Below are positions 52,947 through 62,235 of a DNA stretch of 64,000 nucleotides, in pieces (position 1 is the stretch's first letter; every line of letters begins with the position of its first letter). The notes beneath the pieces were generated by a model. That model ran no database searches and was not told the DNA's origin. It saw nothing but the letters and a program-made list of their open reading frames with translations. The DNA is from Candidatus Rifleibacteriota bacterium (GTDB taxonomy: Bacteria; Muiribacteriota; Ozemobacteria; Ozemobacterales; Ozemobacteraceae), in assembly GCA_015233565.1 (NCBI GenBank), contig JADFXM010000003.1, forward strand, positions 155,063-219,062, read 5' to 3'. A program made the translations under genes and the position numbers.

Positions 52947-53531
52947 ATGTCCTTATTCGAGGATATGCCAATTAATGAACTTCCATTGGCAATACTGGAT
53001 CTTGAAACCACTGGTTTTAAACCTCCGGAGGCCAAAATTACCGAGGTGGCCATAATTTGTCCCAATTCCTCTCCAGAAGAAGTTTTTCATTCCCTGGTTG
53101 ACCCTGAAGTTAGAATTCCGGCAGAAATTACTGCCCTTACGGGGATCACAAATTCCATGGTAAAAGGAAAACCTAAAATTGGGCAACTAGCTGAAAAAAT
53201 CGCGGAAATTCTTGAAGGCAAAATTTTTGTTGCTCACAATGTCCCCTTTGATTTGGCTTTTATCAGCCATTTATTTTCCAGTGTTCTCGATAGAGAACTT
53301 CAGATTCCATCCCTCTGCACGTTACGTTTATCCCGAAAATTTTTTGCCTTGCCTTCTAACTCTCTTGGTGCGGTTGCAAAACATTTTAACATCCAAACCG
53401 TGGGGGCACATAGAGCTATGGCTGATACTCTGACAGTCAAATTGCTAATGCCCGTTTTTATTGAACGGCTTGACAGGGAAGGTTATAAAAACGGTGGGGA
53501 TTTGATTCGTGCAAAGCTGATAAAGACATAA
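52947..53531 (+). CDS. DnaQ-like 3'-5' exonuclease (DNA polymerase III epsilon family)
   Basis: ExoI LAILDLETTG, ExoII FVAHNVPFDLAFI and ExoIII HRAMADT. I prefer the ATG at 52947 over the track start at 52878. Confidence 0.85.
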   Translation: MSLFEDMPINELPLAILDLETTGFKPPEAKITEVAIICPNSSPEEVFHSLVDPEVRIPAEITALTGITNSMVKGKPKIGQLAEKIAEILEGKIFVAHNVPFDLAFISHLFSSVLDRELQIPSLCTLRLSRKFFALPSNSLGAVAKHFNIQTVGAHRAMADTLTVKLLMPVFIERLDREGYKNGGDLIRAKLIKT

Positions 53532-53913
53532 GTTTGAGCCCAGAGGGTCTAGCAAAATCAATCGATCTCTGCTTGTTAAACCCTTCTCAGCACTGATTAA
53601 TGTGCCTGTCGAAAAATCCCCGAAAATTCACTTTTTTGGGTACCCATTCAATTTATCGCCCCGCTTTCTCGCATCAACAACGAGCCGATTTGTACCGAAT
53701 AAAATGTACCGAGATTAATCGACAGCTTCTAATGCGAAACCTCACTTGAGGTTCCCAAATTCAAATTGTTGCCGGTAGGGCTTTTGGCAAAATTACATTA
53801 TTCTTGATTGAGAAAAATTTCACAACCTGAGTGAATGTCGAATTTTTTGTTGAGTTTGCAAAGTTTCTTAAATACTGCAAGAACCTCAGTTTTTTATTGA
53901 AATCCAAAAAAAG

Positions 53914-53931
53914 TGTGACACAATTGTCACA
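53914..53931. promoter_or_regulatory. Perfect inverted repeat TGTGACA-N4-TGTCACA (candidate operator) upstream of the VIT-VWA gene
   Basis: TGTGACA at 53914-53920, CAAT, TGTCACA at 53925-53931, with a third half-site CGTGAC at 53935-53940. The repeat lies 168 nt upstream of the ATG at 54099. Confidence 0.4.
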
Positions 53932-54098
53932 TAACGTGACGAATTAAGCTTCCCCCCAACCCACTGGAAGTTACAAAAGGGCCTTACAGAGCTGGTTTTA
54001 AAGCTTGGTATGGCTCTTGTGTTATTTAGTACTATCATTATTAATCCAAAACGGGTCACATTATTGATTATTGCCCGTAAGGAAAAAAGGAGGGAAGT

Positions 54099-56576
54099 AT
54101 GAGTTACAGGAATCTATTTATCGTAGTTCTGTTGGTCTCTATTTTCATTCCCGGAGAATCGCTGTCAGCAATTTTCTCAAGCAATGGAAGTGCCTTCCCG
54201 GTAGTTCAACAAAAGGCGGAAATTACCATTAATAACCAGGTTGCACTTGTTAAGCTTGAGCAGAAATTTTTTAATCCGACGGATTCAACTGTGGAATGTG
54301 AATTAAGTCTTCCGCTTAATGAGAAAGCCTCGATTCAAGAATTTGGCATGACTGACTCATTAGGGAATCGTAAAGCAGGTGTAATTGAGGAAAAAGGAAA
54401 AGCCGCCCAAACTTTTTCTTCCGCTCAGATGAAGGGTGTATCAGCAGCTATGGGAAGACAGACAGATGCAAATTCCTTTGAAACAAAGGTTGGAATTGTT
54501 CCACCAAGAAGTTATGCGGTTGTGGATGTAAGTTATAGTGAAATCTTAGTGTACAAAAGTGGTAAGATATTCTTCTCTCTTCCATTGAATTTGAAAAATA
54601 TTCAGGAAAAATCGTTGGATCTAATAAGTGTGACAGTTTCTCTTCATGATCAGAAAAAAATAGTTAGCTTTTCTTCTCCATCACATTCGGTTTCGGCGAA
54701 AAAAAAGAGTGAACATGAATGTAATATGGTTTTCGAAAAGACTTCCTACCTCCCTGATGCAGATTTTCAAATGGTTTACGAGGTTCAAGCTGAAAATATG
54801 GGATTCAATTTTCTTACGACCCGGCCGGAACAGAGTGAGAATGGCTATTTCATGATGCTTCTTGCTCCCCAGGAAATCATTAAGGCAGAAGATATAGCTG
54901 CCCGGGATATTGTTTTTGTAATGGATGTTTCAGGAAGTATGCAAGGGCAAAAAATTGAACAAACGAAATCGGCTTTCAGGTTTTTCATTGAGCAGCTTAA
55001 TGCTGATGACAATTTTAATGTAGTTGCGTTTTCAGATAGCATCCACCCTTGGTCAAATTTTATGAAATCTGCGACGGTAGATAATCGAACGGAAGCTTTA
55101 AAATATATTGATTCTCTCAATGCATGTGGCGGGACGAATATCCAGCAGGCTCTTGATTTTTCGCTAAACTCCTTTCAGGAGAATAATAGAACAAAAGCGA
55201 TTATTTTTCTGACAGATGGTCAACCAACGGTTGGGAACACGAACATTTGGGATATTGCGAATAGTTACACCGCACTGAACGCGGGAAGAGTCAGAACCTT
55301 TGTGTACGGAGTAGGCGAGGATGTAAGTACAACTTTATTGGACCAAATTTCTGGAAAAAATATGGGTGAAGTTATATATGTTCGACCAAACGAGGATTTA
55401 AAAGAAAAGTTAATTAGTTTTTATGAAACGATAAGCAAGCCACTTTTGACAGATGTTTCAGTAAATTGGGGCGGAATGGAAACCAAAGAAGTATATCCAT
55501 CTGAAAAAGTGAATATTTACAAGGGCTCGCAAGTCAGCATTTTTGGACGTTATTCTGGATCTGGAGCAGTTAAATTAATTGTCTCAGGTAATTTAAATGG
55601 GAAAAGGCAGGAATATCCTCTGGAAGCAGTTTTCCCCGAGCAAAAAAAATCTGATGGTTTTATTGCACGTCTTTGGGCTAAGACGCGAGCCGACGTTTTG
55701 ATAAAAGAAATTCGGTCTACTGGAATTCAGGACCAACAAAAAATTGATGAAGTTATCAATCTAAGTAAAGCTTTCCAATTTACCACCCCCTATACTTCAT
55801 TTATTGCTGTTGATCAACCAAAACTTGCTGTTAATAATTCTTTTGGGAAAAATCAATATGGGTTTGTACCACCGCAGCATAATATGAATTCTAACTTCCA
55901 ATCAAATACCCCAACTTCTCCTTATCCATCACCAGTTGTTGCTCAACCACAAGTTCCTGTTCCATCGTCAATCGTAGCTCCATCAGCAAATCCTCAGGTA
56001 ACCGTGGTCCAGGAAACCCCTGCAAAGCCCTTTGAATTGTGGGGTGCTGCCGGATTTTTCCCTGCGGCTTTGTTGGTTCCCAATTTCCGAAAAGCTCGAG
56101 AGCAAGCCAGGGAAAAAGCCTGTTATGCAAATATGCGCGTTTTACTTGGAGCAGTTGAAATGTACAATCTTGACAATGCGACTGGCTCCCAGATGCATCA
56201 AATTGACGAGGAAGCGATGAAAAATCTTACTTCGTTAGGTTATCTGAAGGGAAATCTAAATAGACCGGAAACCTTTTGTGGCTATTATAGTGCTGGTGAT
56301 TTGGCAAGCCCTAGTGGTTACCTAGCATGCCTGGCCCATGGAACGGTTGAATCTGACTCTGGTATAGTTCCAATTCCTTCGAATCCCAACATAAAGATAA
56401 TTGACAAAACACCTTTGAATACTAGAATTTGGAACCAGTACCATGGTTTGATTGAACTTGCTATTAATATTCCTATTTTGATCATCGGTCTCTATTTTTC
56501 CTACCTAATGTTTATTAAATTGCCTCTTTCAATTTTCATGGCGATTTTTACACCTCAGTCGGCAAATAGGAAGTAA
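54099..56576 (+). CDS. Secreted VIT + von Willebrand factor A (VWA) domain protein with Pro-rich linker, a pilin-like globular module and a C-terminal TM anchor
   Basis: AGGAGG Shine-Dalgarno and a signal peptide ending ...ESLSA. An N-terminal VIT-like region is followed by the MIDAS motif DVSGSM (D-x-S-x-S) with FLTDGQPT. At aa ~645-752, AAGFFPAALLVPNFRKAREQAREKACYANMRVLLGAVEMYNLDN...GYLKG...C...C..HG resembles ComGC/GspG-type pilin heads. The C-terminus has hydrophobic helices. Confidence 0.8.
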   Translation: MSYRNLFIVVLLVSIFIPGESLSAIFSSNGSAFPVVQQKAEITINNQVALVKLEQKFFNPTDSTVECELSLPLNEKASIQEFGMTDSLGNRKAGVIEEKGKAAQTFSSAQMKGVSAAMGRQTDANSFETKVGIVPPRSYAVVDVSYSEILVYKSGKIFFSLPLNLKNIQEKSLDLISVTVSLHDQKKIVSFSSPSHSVSAKKKSEHECNMVFEKTSYLPDADFQMVYEVQAENMGFNFLTTRPEQSENGYFMMLLAPQEIIKAEDIAARDIVFVMDVSGSMQGQKIEQTKSAFRFFIEQLNADDNFNVVAFSDSIHPWSNFMKSATVDNRTEALKYIDSLNACGGTNIQQALDFSLNSFQENNRTKAIIFLTDGQPTVGNTNIWDIANSYTALNAGRVRTFVYGVGEDVSTTLLDQISGKNMGEVIYVRPNEDLKEKLISFYETISKPLLTDVSVNWGGMETKEVYPSEKVNIYKGSQVSIFGRYSGSGAVKLIVSGNLNGKRQEYPLEAVFPEQKKSDGFIARLWAKTRADVLIKEIRSTGIQDQQKIDEVINLSKAFQFTTPYTSFIAVDQPKLAVNNSFGKNQYGFVPPQHNMNSNFQSNTPTSPYPSPVVAQPQVPVPSSIVAPSANPQVTVVQETPAKPFELWGAAGFFPAALLVPNFRKAREQAREKACYANMRVLLGAVEMYNLDNATGSQMHQIDEEAMKNLTSLGYLKGNLNRPETFCGYYSAGDLASPSGYLACLAHGTVESDSGIVPIPSNPNIKIIDKTPLNTRIWNQYHGLIELAINIPILIIGLYFSYLMFIKLPLSIFMAIFTPQSANRK

Positions 56577-56791
56577 AACGAATCCGATTTAATTCAACCC
56601 CCAAATTCCTCTCAGTAAATGGGTTGCCACTGGTTGCTGTGAAGGTGTGAAAAAATGCTCTGTTTTGCCACATTGCCCTATGAAAGACCTATCAACAGCG
56701 GGTTGATTTTCGAGAAACCAAATATTTCACAGCTTGTGAGCGAAGTAGAAGCGACTAAGTAATCAAGTTTGCCTTTCCCTCTGTGAGCTCT

Positions 56792-56821
56792 GCGAATTAA
56801 GCGCTTTATGGCTTAATTCGC
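56792..56821. other. Perfect 11-bp-stem hairpin in the intergenic region downstream of the VIT-VWA gene
   Basis: GCGAATTAAGC (56792-56802), 8-nt loop, GCTTAATTCGC (56811-56821). No T-run follows. Confidence 0.35.
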
Positions 56822-56993
56822 ACCAGGGAGGGCCTAATTTAAGGGTATAGGGATTTCCATTTTTTTTAAGCGGTTTTGCGACTCTTTACGTTTTTCCCCT
56901 CTCCTCGGCGGCTTCGGGAGAGAGGGCAGAGTGAGGATCTATTTTGTCCGAGCGAAGGACGTTAACTCAATGACTGATATAAGGAGTGGAAAC

Positions 56994-57944
56994 ATGAATA
57001 CTCAAAAGAGAACATTGATCACATTCGTGGCTTTTGCTATCAACTACTACCTGATAATGCTCGCCCATCGGGGAACACTTATGACACTCGAACAAAACGT
57101 ATTAGTATGGCTGGTTTTCGTGACTTTCTGCGTTTTTTCATATATAGCCTGGGATATTAGCTTTCTTTTCGGCGCAATGGCTTCTTTGTATGTATTTTTT
57201 CTGGTTTTCAAATCGGTGTTTTCTTTTTACACGATCGTTTCGGTTTTGGTTATCTCCACTATGTATTTCCTCCTTTTTCGGGAAAAGATTTCTCTGGAAG
57301 TTTCCTTGCCGAATTGGAAAAAATTAGCCGCAATTTATTCAGCAAAATCCCTCAAAGAAAGAATAAAAAAAATTGCAGGTGTCAAAGCTCAAGGCTGTGA
57401 GTTTGGGGAAAATCAAATCGAGCGTTTTTCCCTTTTGGAATCTGAAGTCAAAAGAATCAATGGCTTTTTTGATGGGTCTGATACGGTTTTGGAAGAAAGT
57501 GTATTCGGAACAAAGAAAATGATTGGCGATTTGTTGAAAGATTATTGCAGATTGATTTTAAGAGAATCGCATCTGAAAAAATTGATAAATAACTCGGGGA
57601 AAGCAAATTTACAAAAAGAAAAGGAAGAAATTAGTCAGAAAATTCAGAACGAAAATGATTTAGTGGCAAAAGAAGAAATGCGCCATACTCTTGAAATGAA
57701 AGGCAATAGAATCACTGAAGTCGAAAAACTTGAAACATGCCTTGGACGGGAAATGGCAAGAAAAACACAGATTGAGGAAATAGTTTTTAGTACCTATAAC
57801 CGCCTGAATTCTCTCAAGTTTTCTGATATTCAGACCTTGGATAGTTCTTTGAATCTTTTGGATAGTCAAGTTCAATTATTACGTGACGAGCTTGATGAAA
57901 CTGCAAATAGCATAATTTTGGTGGAAAAACAGGGATTGCGATAG
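56994..57944 (+). CDS. Membrane-anchored coiled-coil protein, unknown function
   Basis: AAGGAG Shine-Dalgarno 7 nt upstream of the ATG at 56994; the track start at 56931 is a GTG. Three N-terminal TM helices are followed by a long K/E-rich helical region. Confidence 0.5.
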   Translation: MNTQKRTLITFVAFAINYYLIMLAHRGTLMTLEQNVLVWLVFVTFCVFSYIAWDISFLFGAMASLYVFFLVFKSVFSFYTIVSVLVISTMYFLLFREKISLEVSLPNWKKLAAIYSAKSLKERIKKIAGVKAQGCEFGENQIERFSLLESEVKRINGFFDGSDTVLEESVFGTKKMIGDLLKDYCRLILRESHLKKLINNSGKANLQKEKEEISQKIQNENDLVAKEEMRHTLEMKGNRITEVEKLETCLGREMARKTQIEEIVFSTYNRLNSLKFSDIQTLDSSLNLLDSQVQLLRDELDETANSIILVEKQGLR

Positions 57945-57951
57945 GTTCTTC

Positions 57952-58722
57952 TCAGGGTAAACTCACACTTCCAAATCTTCCAAATACTAAAAAAAGCAAT
58001 GAAATTGAAATAGTCCAAGTCAGAAAATCTGTTACTTTAAAACCGAATTGGTTAAAGCTTGTTCTATTACAATTTAATCGATAGCATCTTGAACTCATTG
58101 CAGTTGCCAGCTCCTCGGCTCTTTTTAGGGAAAGAGTTATAAGCGGAATTAGTATTGAAACCAGGCTTTTCAAATTTACAAATACCCCCTGCTTTTTTGA
58201 TAATTTTGCTCCACGTGATTGTTGAGCCATTTTAATTTTTTCGATTTCTTCGAAAATTACTGGGAAAAAGCGAATTGAAATAGCCATGGCAAGAGCTGTT
58301 TCTTTTGATGGAAAACCAAATGGGGAAAAAGGTGAGAGAGTTTTTTCCCAAAAAAACAGAAGCTCCGAATGTGAAATAATTGAAATAAACAATGAGGAAG
58401 CCAAAAAGACTCCTGCAATTCTAAATGCTGAATCCAGGGCTGTTTTGATGGTTCCACAATCCGTTGACAAGTATTGAACGAGGAAAACAAAAAGGAGGAG
58501 AAATTTAATTTTTTTCAATCCAATAATCGCGGGAAGAACAGAAATTTGGTTGCTCCAGAAAACCAGAAAAATTAGGAGTACAACCGAAAGAGTTATTTGA
58601 ATTCCGTTAGGATGAAGAGATAAAATTAAAATCAGAAAAAGGCAGAAAAAACCTTTGGTTAATGGATTTAACAAGTGAAGAGGACTTGTCCCCGGTTGAT
58701 AGGAAATAAGAGGTTCAGTCAT
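57952..58722 (-). CDS. ecfT: Energy-coupling-factor transporter transmembrane subunit (EcfT/CbiQ family)
   Basis: Polytopic protein with AISIRFFPVIFEEIEKIKMAQQSRGA, the conserved EcfT coupling-helix region ending in the A-x-x-x-R-G motif. Confidence 0.75.
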   Translation of the reverse strand: MTEPLISYQPGTSPLHLLNPLTKGFFCLFLILILSLHPNGIQITLSVVLLIFLVFWSNQISVLPAIIGLKKIKFLLLFVFLVQYLSTDCGTIKTALDSAFRIAGVFLASSLFISIISHSELLFFWEKTLSPFSPFGFPSKETALAMAISIRFFPVIFEEIEKIKMAQQSRGAKLSKKQGVFVNLKSLVSILIPLITLSLKRAEELATAMSSRCYRLNCNRTSFNQFGFKVTDFLTWTISISLLFLVFGRFGSVSLP

Positions 58723-58833
58723 GAATTTGAACTTCCTGACTCGTGATCGAATTGATCATTGCTTCTGAAAAAATCCAGAATTGATGGTGTGTACCATTTC
58801 ATTGTTGAGCTAGGACAAAATTTTTCATTTGTT

Positions 58834-59652
58834 TTACTCTCCTGGTATTTTCTTTTCATGCATATTTCGAAAGTAGTCTTTAATACTTTGAATATTTGGC
58901 CAAGGAGGGGGGACTTCAGAGGAAAATTGTGGTGTGAGTTGTAGATACCAATCTGGTAAAGGATATAATTCAGGTTTTGCCAAGACTGCCTTAATAAATT
59001 TAACCGGACAGTCAAAGGAATAATAGTCCTTTCCATGGATAAGAGAAACTGATTTCGCTAACGGCAGCAAGTTCTCAATATCATGGGTGACCGTAAGAAC
59101 CAAGCTGTCCTCAGATAATTTTCCCAGTGTTGCCAGGATTTTCTTTTGAGATATTGGGTCTAAACCAGAGAGTGGTTCATCGAGAAGAATAACATCAGGT
59201 CTCAATACTGTTGCTGTTGCAAGTGCGAGTCGTCGTTTTTCGCCGCCAGAAAGAAAAAATGGTGGCTTCTCCCAGAATGATTCAGGGTTTAACCCCCAGG
59301 CTTCCAACCACTGTTTGCCCTTTTTTATAGATTCATTGCTATCTATGCCGCTTTCCAGCAGGCCGAAGGTGATTTCTTCCCCAGCGGTAGCAAGAAAAAA
59401 CATATTTTCAGGGTTTTGAAAAGCAATACTGGCCTGGGGTAGTTCGTTCACTGGGCTGTCAGTATTATAGAAAATTATTTTCCCCGAAATTGGTATTAAG
59501 AATCCACAAATTGTTAACAGAAGTGATGTTTTTCCTGAGCCGGAAGGCCCAAGTATCAAGTTTAATCCACCACTGGAAAATTGAAAATTCAGCTTTGCTA
59601 AAATTGGAATTGATTTATATCCAACGCTCAATTCGCTCAATTCTATTCTCAT
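58834..59652 (-). CDS. ecfA: ECF/ABC transporter ATP-binding subunit (EcfA/CbiO family)
   Basis: Walker A GPSGSGKTS, signature LSGGEKRRLALA, Walker B ILLDEP, and the H-loop VTHD. Confidence 0.85.
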   Translation of the reverse strand: MRIELSELSVGYKSIPILAKLNFQFSSGGLNLILGPSGSGKTSLLLTICGFLIPISGKIIFYNTDSPVNELPQASIAFQNPENMFFLATAGEEITFGLLESGIDSNESIKKGKQWLEAWGLNPESFWEKPPFFLSGGEKRRLALATATVLRPDVILLDEPLSGLDPISQKKILATLGKLSEDSLVLTVTHDIENLLPLAKSVSLIHGKDYYSFDCPVKFIKAVLAKPELYPLPDWYLQLTPQFSSEVPPPWPNIQSIKDYFRNMHEKKIPGE

Positions 59653-60032
59653 GGAAAAATTCTCCGCCTGGTTTCTGAAAGAAAAATTTTGTGAGATTCT
59701 AACCCAAAATTAACTCTAATGGGCAAAACCTTAACATAATAAAAATCTTTTGTTAAAGAAAGTTTTAGGGGGAAATTCCAAACCAGGAATTTTAATTCGC
59801 TTTCCCTGATTAATTTTCCGAAACATAGATTGTTTTGCTTAGCTAACAATGGAATATATCCAACATTAAAATTCTTAAAAAATCGTGATGATGCTTTTTT
59901 GCCAATCATTAAGTTTAAACCAGCTTTTCAAGAGAAAAAAGTTTTTTTTTGAAAAAAAAATTAAAAATGTTTACAGAAAAGTTGGTGTTTGATAAGATAC
60001 ACCTCATAATTTCTATCATGGGAGAAGAAGCC

Positions 60033-60272
60033 ATGTGGTTTATTAAAAAAGTTTTCTGGATTGTTACTTTACCCTTTCTGGCTTTGTGTGGGGTATTAAT
60101 GTTTGCTTTTCCTGAAGAGATGAAGGAATTTAAGAAGGATCTCGTCGACATGGTTGAAAACACTTGGCTTCGTTGGGCCGGGTTTATTGTTTTCATTTTT
60201 TCCATGGTTCATCTGGTAAAGTTTTTTGACGGAAAGCATACTTTGGTCCATTTGACCGCCCCCAAGGAATAG
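60033..60272 (+). CDS. Small two-TM membrane protein, unknown function
   Basis: The track ORF 59949-60272 starts at a TTG inside an A/T homopolymer. GGAG lies upstream of the ATG at 60033 (MWFIKKVFWIVTLPFLALCGVLMF...). A strong intrinsic terminator follows directly. The start is uncertain. Confidence 0.45.
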   Translation: MWFIKKVFWIVTLPFLALCGVLMFAFPEEMKEFKKDLVDMVENTWLRWAGFIVFIFSMVHLVKFFDGKHTLVHLTAPKE

Positions 60273-60289
60273 TTTTTAGAAAATCAACT

Positions 60290-60314
60290 GAGAGCTGAGG
60301 CTCTCTTTTTTTTT
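60290..60314 (+). terminator. Intrinsic terminator after the small membrane-protein gene
   Basis: GAGAGC (60290-60295), loop TGAG, GCTCTC (60300-60305), then a T9 run. Confidence 0.8.
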
Positions 60315-60581
60315 GCCCTTTTGCCCGGATGATTCAGGAATAAATTTAATATTTTCAATAAATTAGACACGAAAGTGTTTTGACTGGCAATTTATTTTCC
60401 AAACTTTTGTTGCAGTCGAGTTTATTCTTTCGTTCCCAAGGTGGACACACTTACACATCTTTTTTTCGAGGTCATTCCGAGTTCCTTCGACAGGGGTTCG
60501 ACAAGTTGTTTTTTCACAATGTCTGCCGCAGTAGCAACAATTATCTAGTAATTCTATATATTTAATAGACTGTAATTGGTT

Positions 60582-61259
60582 CTACTCGAAGTTGGAAACT
60601 CGTATTCGGTAAGATTTTATCCCGATGGGGGGATTAGGGAAGGGAATTTCAAATAGAGAGCTTTCGTTTGGAAATAATCCCCGGTCTTTTAAAGTTAACG
60701 GGGTCGAAGATCTGCGCAATTCCTGTCGGTTCTCATCGTAAAGAGTCGCGGAAAGTTCTATTTCGTTTTTTAACGTGCCCGAAATGTTCTTCAATTCCCC
60801 AACGATGTAGAGAGTACCAAAGGAATAATACATTTCACCTTTTTCAATAGAAAAATTCGGCTTAAAAACGCCCTCAAGTGCTGGATTTGTTTTTTCATCA
60901 GTTAATCTGTTGGTGTACAGTGATTCTGTGGCGCGATCGTAAAGACCCCAGGCTTCCAGGCTCATGGGGTCCAATCTAATGGCCGTTCGAAGTGCTTCTT
61001 TTGCCTCGGAAATCCTCCCGTCGCTTAGGAGAGATTGTCCTTGGTTAATAAACTGCCGAGCTGGTGAATCTACAACTGTGGTTTTTTTTGAAGGAGCAGA
61101 TTTGTCAGCGTTATCTTTTTCTTTTTCCTTCTCTTTCTCATCAGCTGAAAATGCACAGAGGTTTAATAATCCCAAATTAATTAACCCAACAAAAATCAAT
61201 AAGAAAAAAAAATCTTTAGTTGAGAAATCTCGCCTTTTCATTTGTTTACAGGGATACAT
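60582..61259 (-). CDS. Secreted TPR-containing protein with C-terminal beta-rich (FxLYD-like?) domain
   Basis: Signal-like FFFLLIFVGLINLGLLNLCAFSA, an (EK)n low-complexity stretch, a TPR-like repeat (AKEALRTAIRLDPMSLEAW) and a C-terminus with ...SATLYDEN... An alternative start is the ATG at 61241. Confidence 0.5.
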   Translation of the reverse strand: MYPCKQMKRRDFSTKDFFFLLIFVGLINLGLLNLCAFSADEKEKEKEKDNADKSAPSKKTTVVDSPARQFINQGQSLLSDGRISEAKEALRTAIRLDPMSLEAWGLYDRATESLYTNRLTDEKTNPALEGVFKPNFSIEKGEMYYSFGTLYIVGELKNISGTLKNEIELSATLYDENRQELRRSSTPLTLKDRGLFPNESSLFEIPFPNPPIGIKSYRIRVSNFE

Positions 61260-61327
61260 AAATCATTAGCCCCTAGTTCTTGAGATGATATTAAAAATGT
61301 TTTTTCTATTTCGCGAAAAAGTTAGAG

Positions 61328-61984
61328 CTACAGATTTGGGGAAGGGAAAGCTTTCATAACAAGGCTGAAAAAGCGCTCAAAACCAGTGATTAATAAGCCT
61401 TTTCGCAACATCTGATAAGCAAGAAGTCCGGCGTCATTTTCCTTTTCGCTTAACATTCCGAGCAATGTTGTTGGGGTTACGATTTGAATTGAGCTAGCTC
61501 CTGCTGAAATTAATTCAGATTCTAGGTATGGAGGATTGTTTTTATCCTGGGGAAGGATGAGAAAAAAATCCAATGCTTGATAACTCTCATCTAATAAGAT
61601 CTCTTTTGTGGGTTCCGAAATTTGCAAAGATTCGGGATTTAAAAGGATCGCGGAATGTACGTGATCTATAAGACGGCTTTCGAAGACATCTTTGAGTTTG
61701 GAAAACCTTGAAGACAATTCTTTTTGAACGGTAAAAAACTTGGATGTTTTCCTTGCAGCTCCCAGGGCAAGTATGGAAGAGGCCATAGGGTTTGATGGGT
61801 TTATAACACAAAGTTTGGCTTTTCCATGGGGGACGATTCTAACAACCCCCATTTCTGCAAGTTGATGAATCCGGTTATAGGCTGTTCCGTAGGGGATATC
61901 GAGCTTCTTGGATATCTGAAGAATCGAAAGAACCGCCCCTGGAGATTCAATAAAAGCTTCGGCTAATTGAATATATAATTCCAT
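61328..61984 (-). CDS. Winged-helix (HTH) transcriptional regulator with C-terminal uncharacterised domain
   Basis: The N-terminus ISKKLDIPYGTAYNRIHQLAEMGVVRIV shows a typical HTH recognition-helix pattern. The gene is divergent from rpoB. Confidence 0.55.
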   Translation of the reverse strand: MELYIQLAEAFIESPGAVLSILQISKKLDIPYGTAYNRIHQLAEMGVVRIVPHGKAKLCVINPSNPMASSILALGAARKTSKFFTVQKELSSRFSKLKDVFESRLIDHVHSAILLNPESLQISEPTKEILLDESYQALDFFLILPQDKNNPPYLESELISAGASSIQIVTPTTLLGMLSEKENDAGLLAYQMLRKGLLITGFERFFSLVMKAFPSPNL

Positions 61985-62080
61985 ATTTGTTCCAAATTAT
62001 ATCGTACTTTTGTTTTTTGGGAAAAAAAATCTAATAAAAGAATTAAAAAAAGATTCTAGCATAATTTTTGCTAGAAAAGC

Positions 62081-62109
62081 TTGACCTTCTCAAGGCATCA
62101 TGATATAAT
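62081..62109 (+). promoter_or_regulatory. Near-consensus sigma-70 promoter upstream of rpoB
   Basis: TTGACC at 62081-62086, 17-nt spacer, TATAAT at 62104-62109, about 180 nt upstream of the rpoB ATG. Confidence 0.6.
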
Positions 62110-62185
62110 GCCCCCTCATTGTTTTGGGTTTGGTACATACGGAGCGGCTTCATTAGAAAAAAAATTTTCACGAAAAAGAGTAAAT

Positions 62186-62235
62186 TGACAGAAAGGGTGA
62201 TACCTTCTCCCTTTGTGTCTGGTTTTTGTCATTTT
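62186..62235 (+). terminator. Terminator-like hairpin + T-rich tract inside the rpoB leader (possible attenuator)
   Basis: GACAGAAAGGG (62186-62196) pairs with CCCTTTGTGTC (62208-62218) with one mismatch over an 11-nt loop, followed by TGGTTTTTGTCATTTTT. Confidence 0.35.

Noticed and set aside
58719-59036. Track ORF 58719-59036 (-) between and overlapping ecfA and ecfT
   Set aside because: It overlaps the C-terminal 200 nt of the EcfA-like gene in another frame. It has no motifs and is probably spurious.
59801-59811. A third GCGAATTA occurrence as evidence for a repeat family
   Set aside because: An 8-mer is expected to recur by chance in 64 kb of AT-rich sequence on two strands. Only the two full 11-bp hairpins were kept as an observation.
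60495-60501. tRNA-like GGTTCGA T-loop motif in the 60315-60581 intergenic region
   Set aside because: The flanking bases cannot form a T-stem, and no acceptor or anticodon arms could be folded, so this is a chance heptamer. No tRNA was found elsewhere by eye either.
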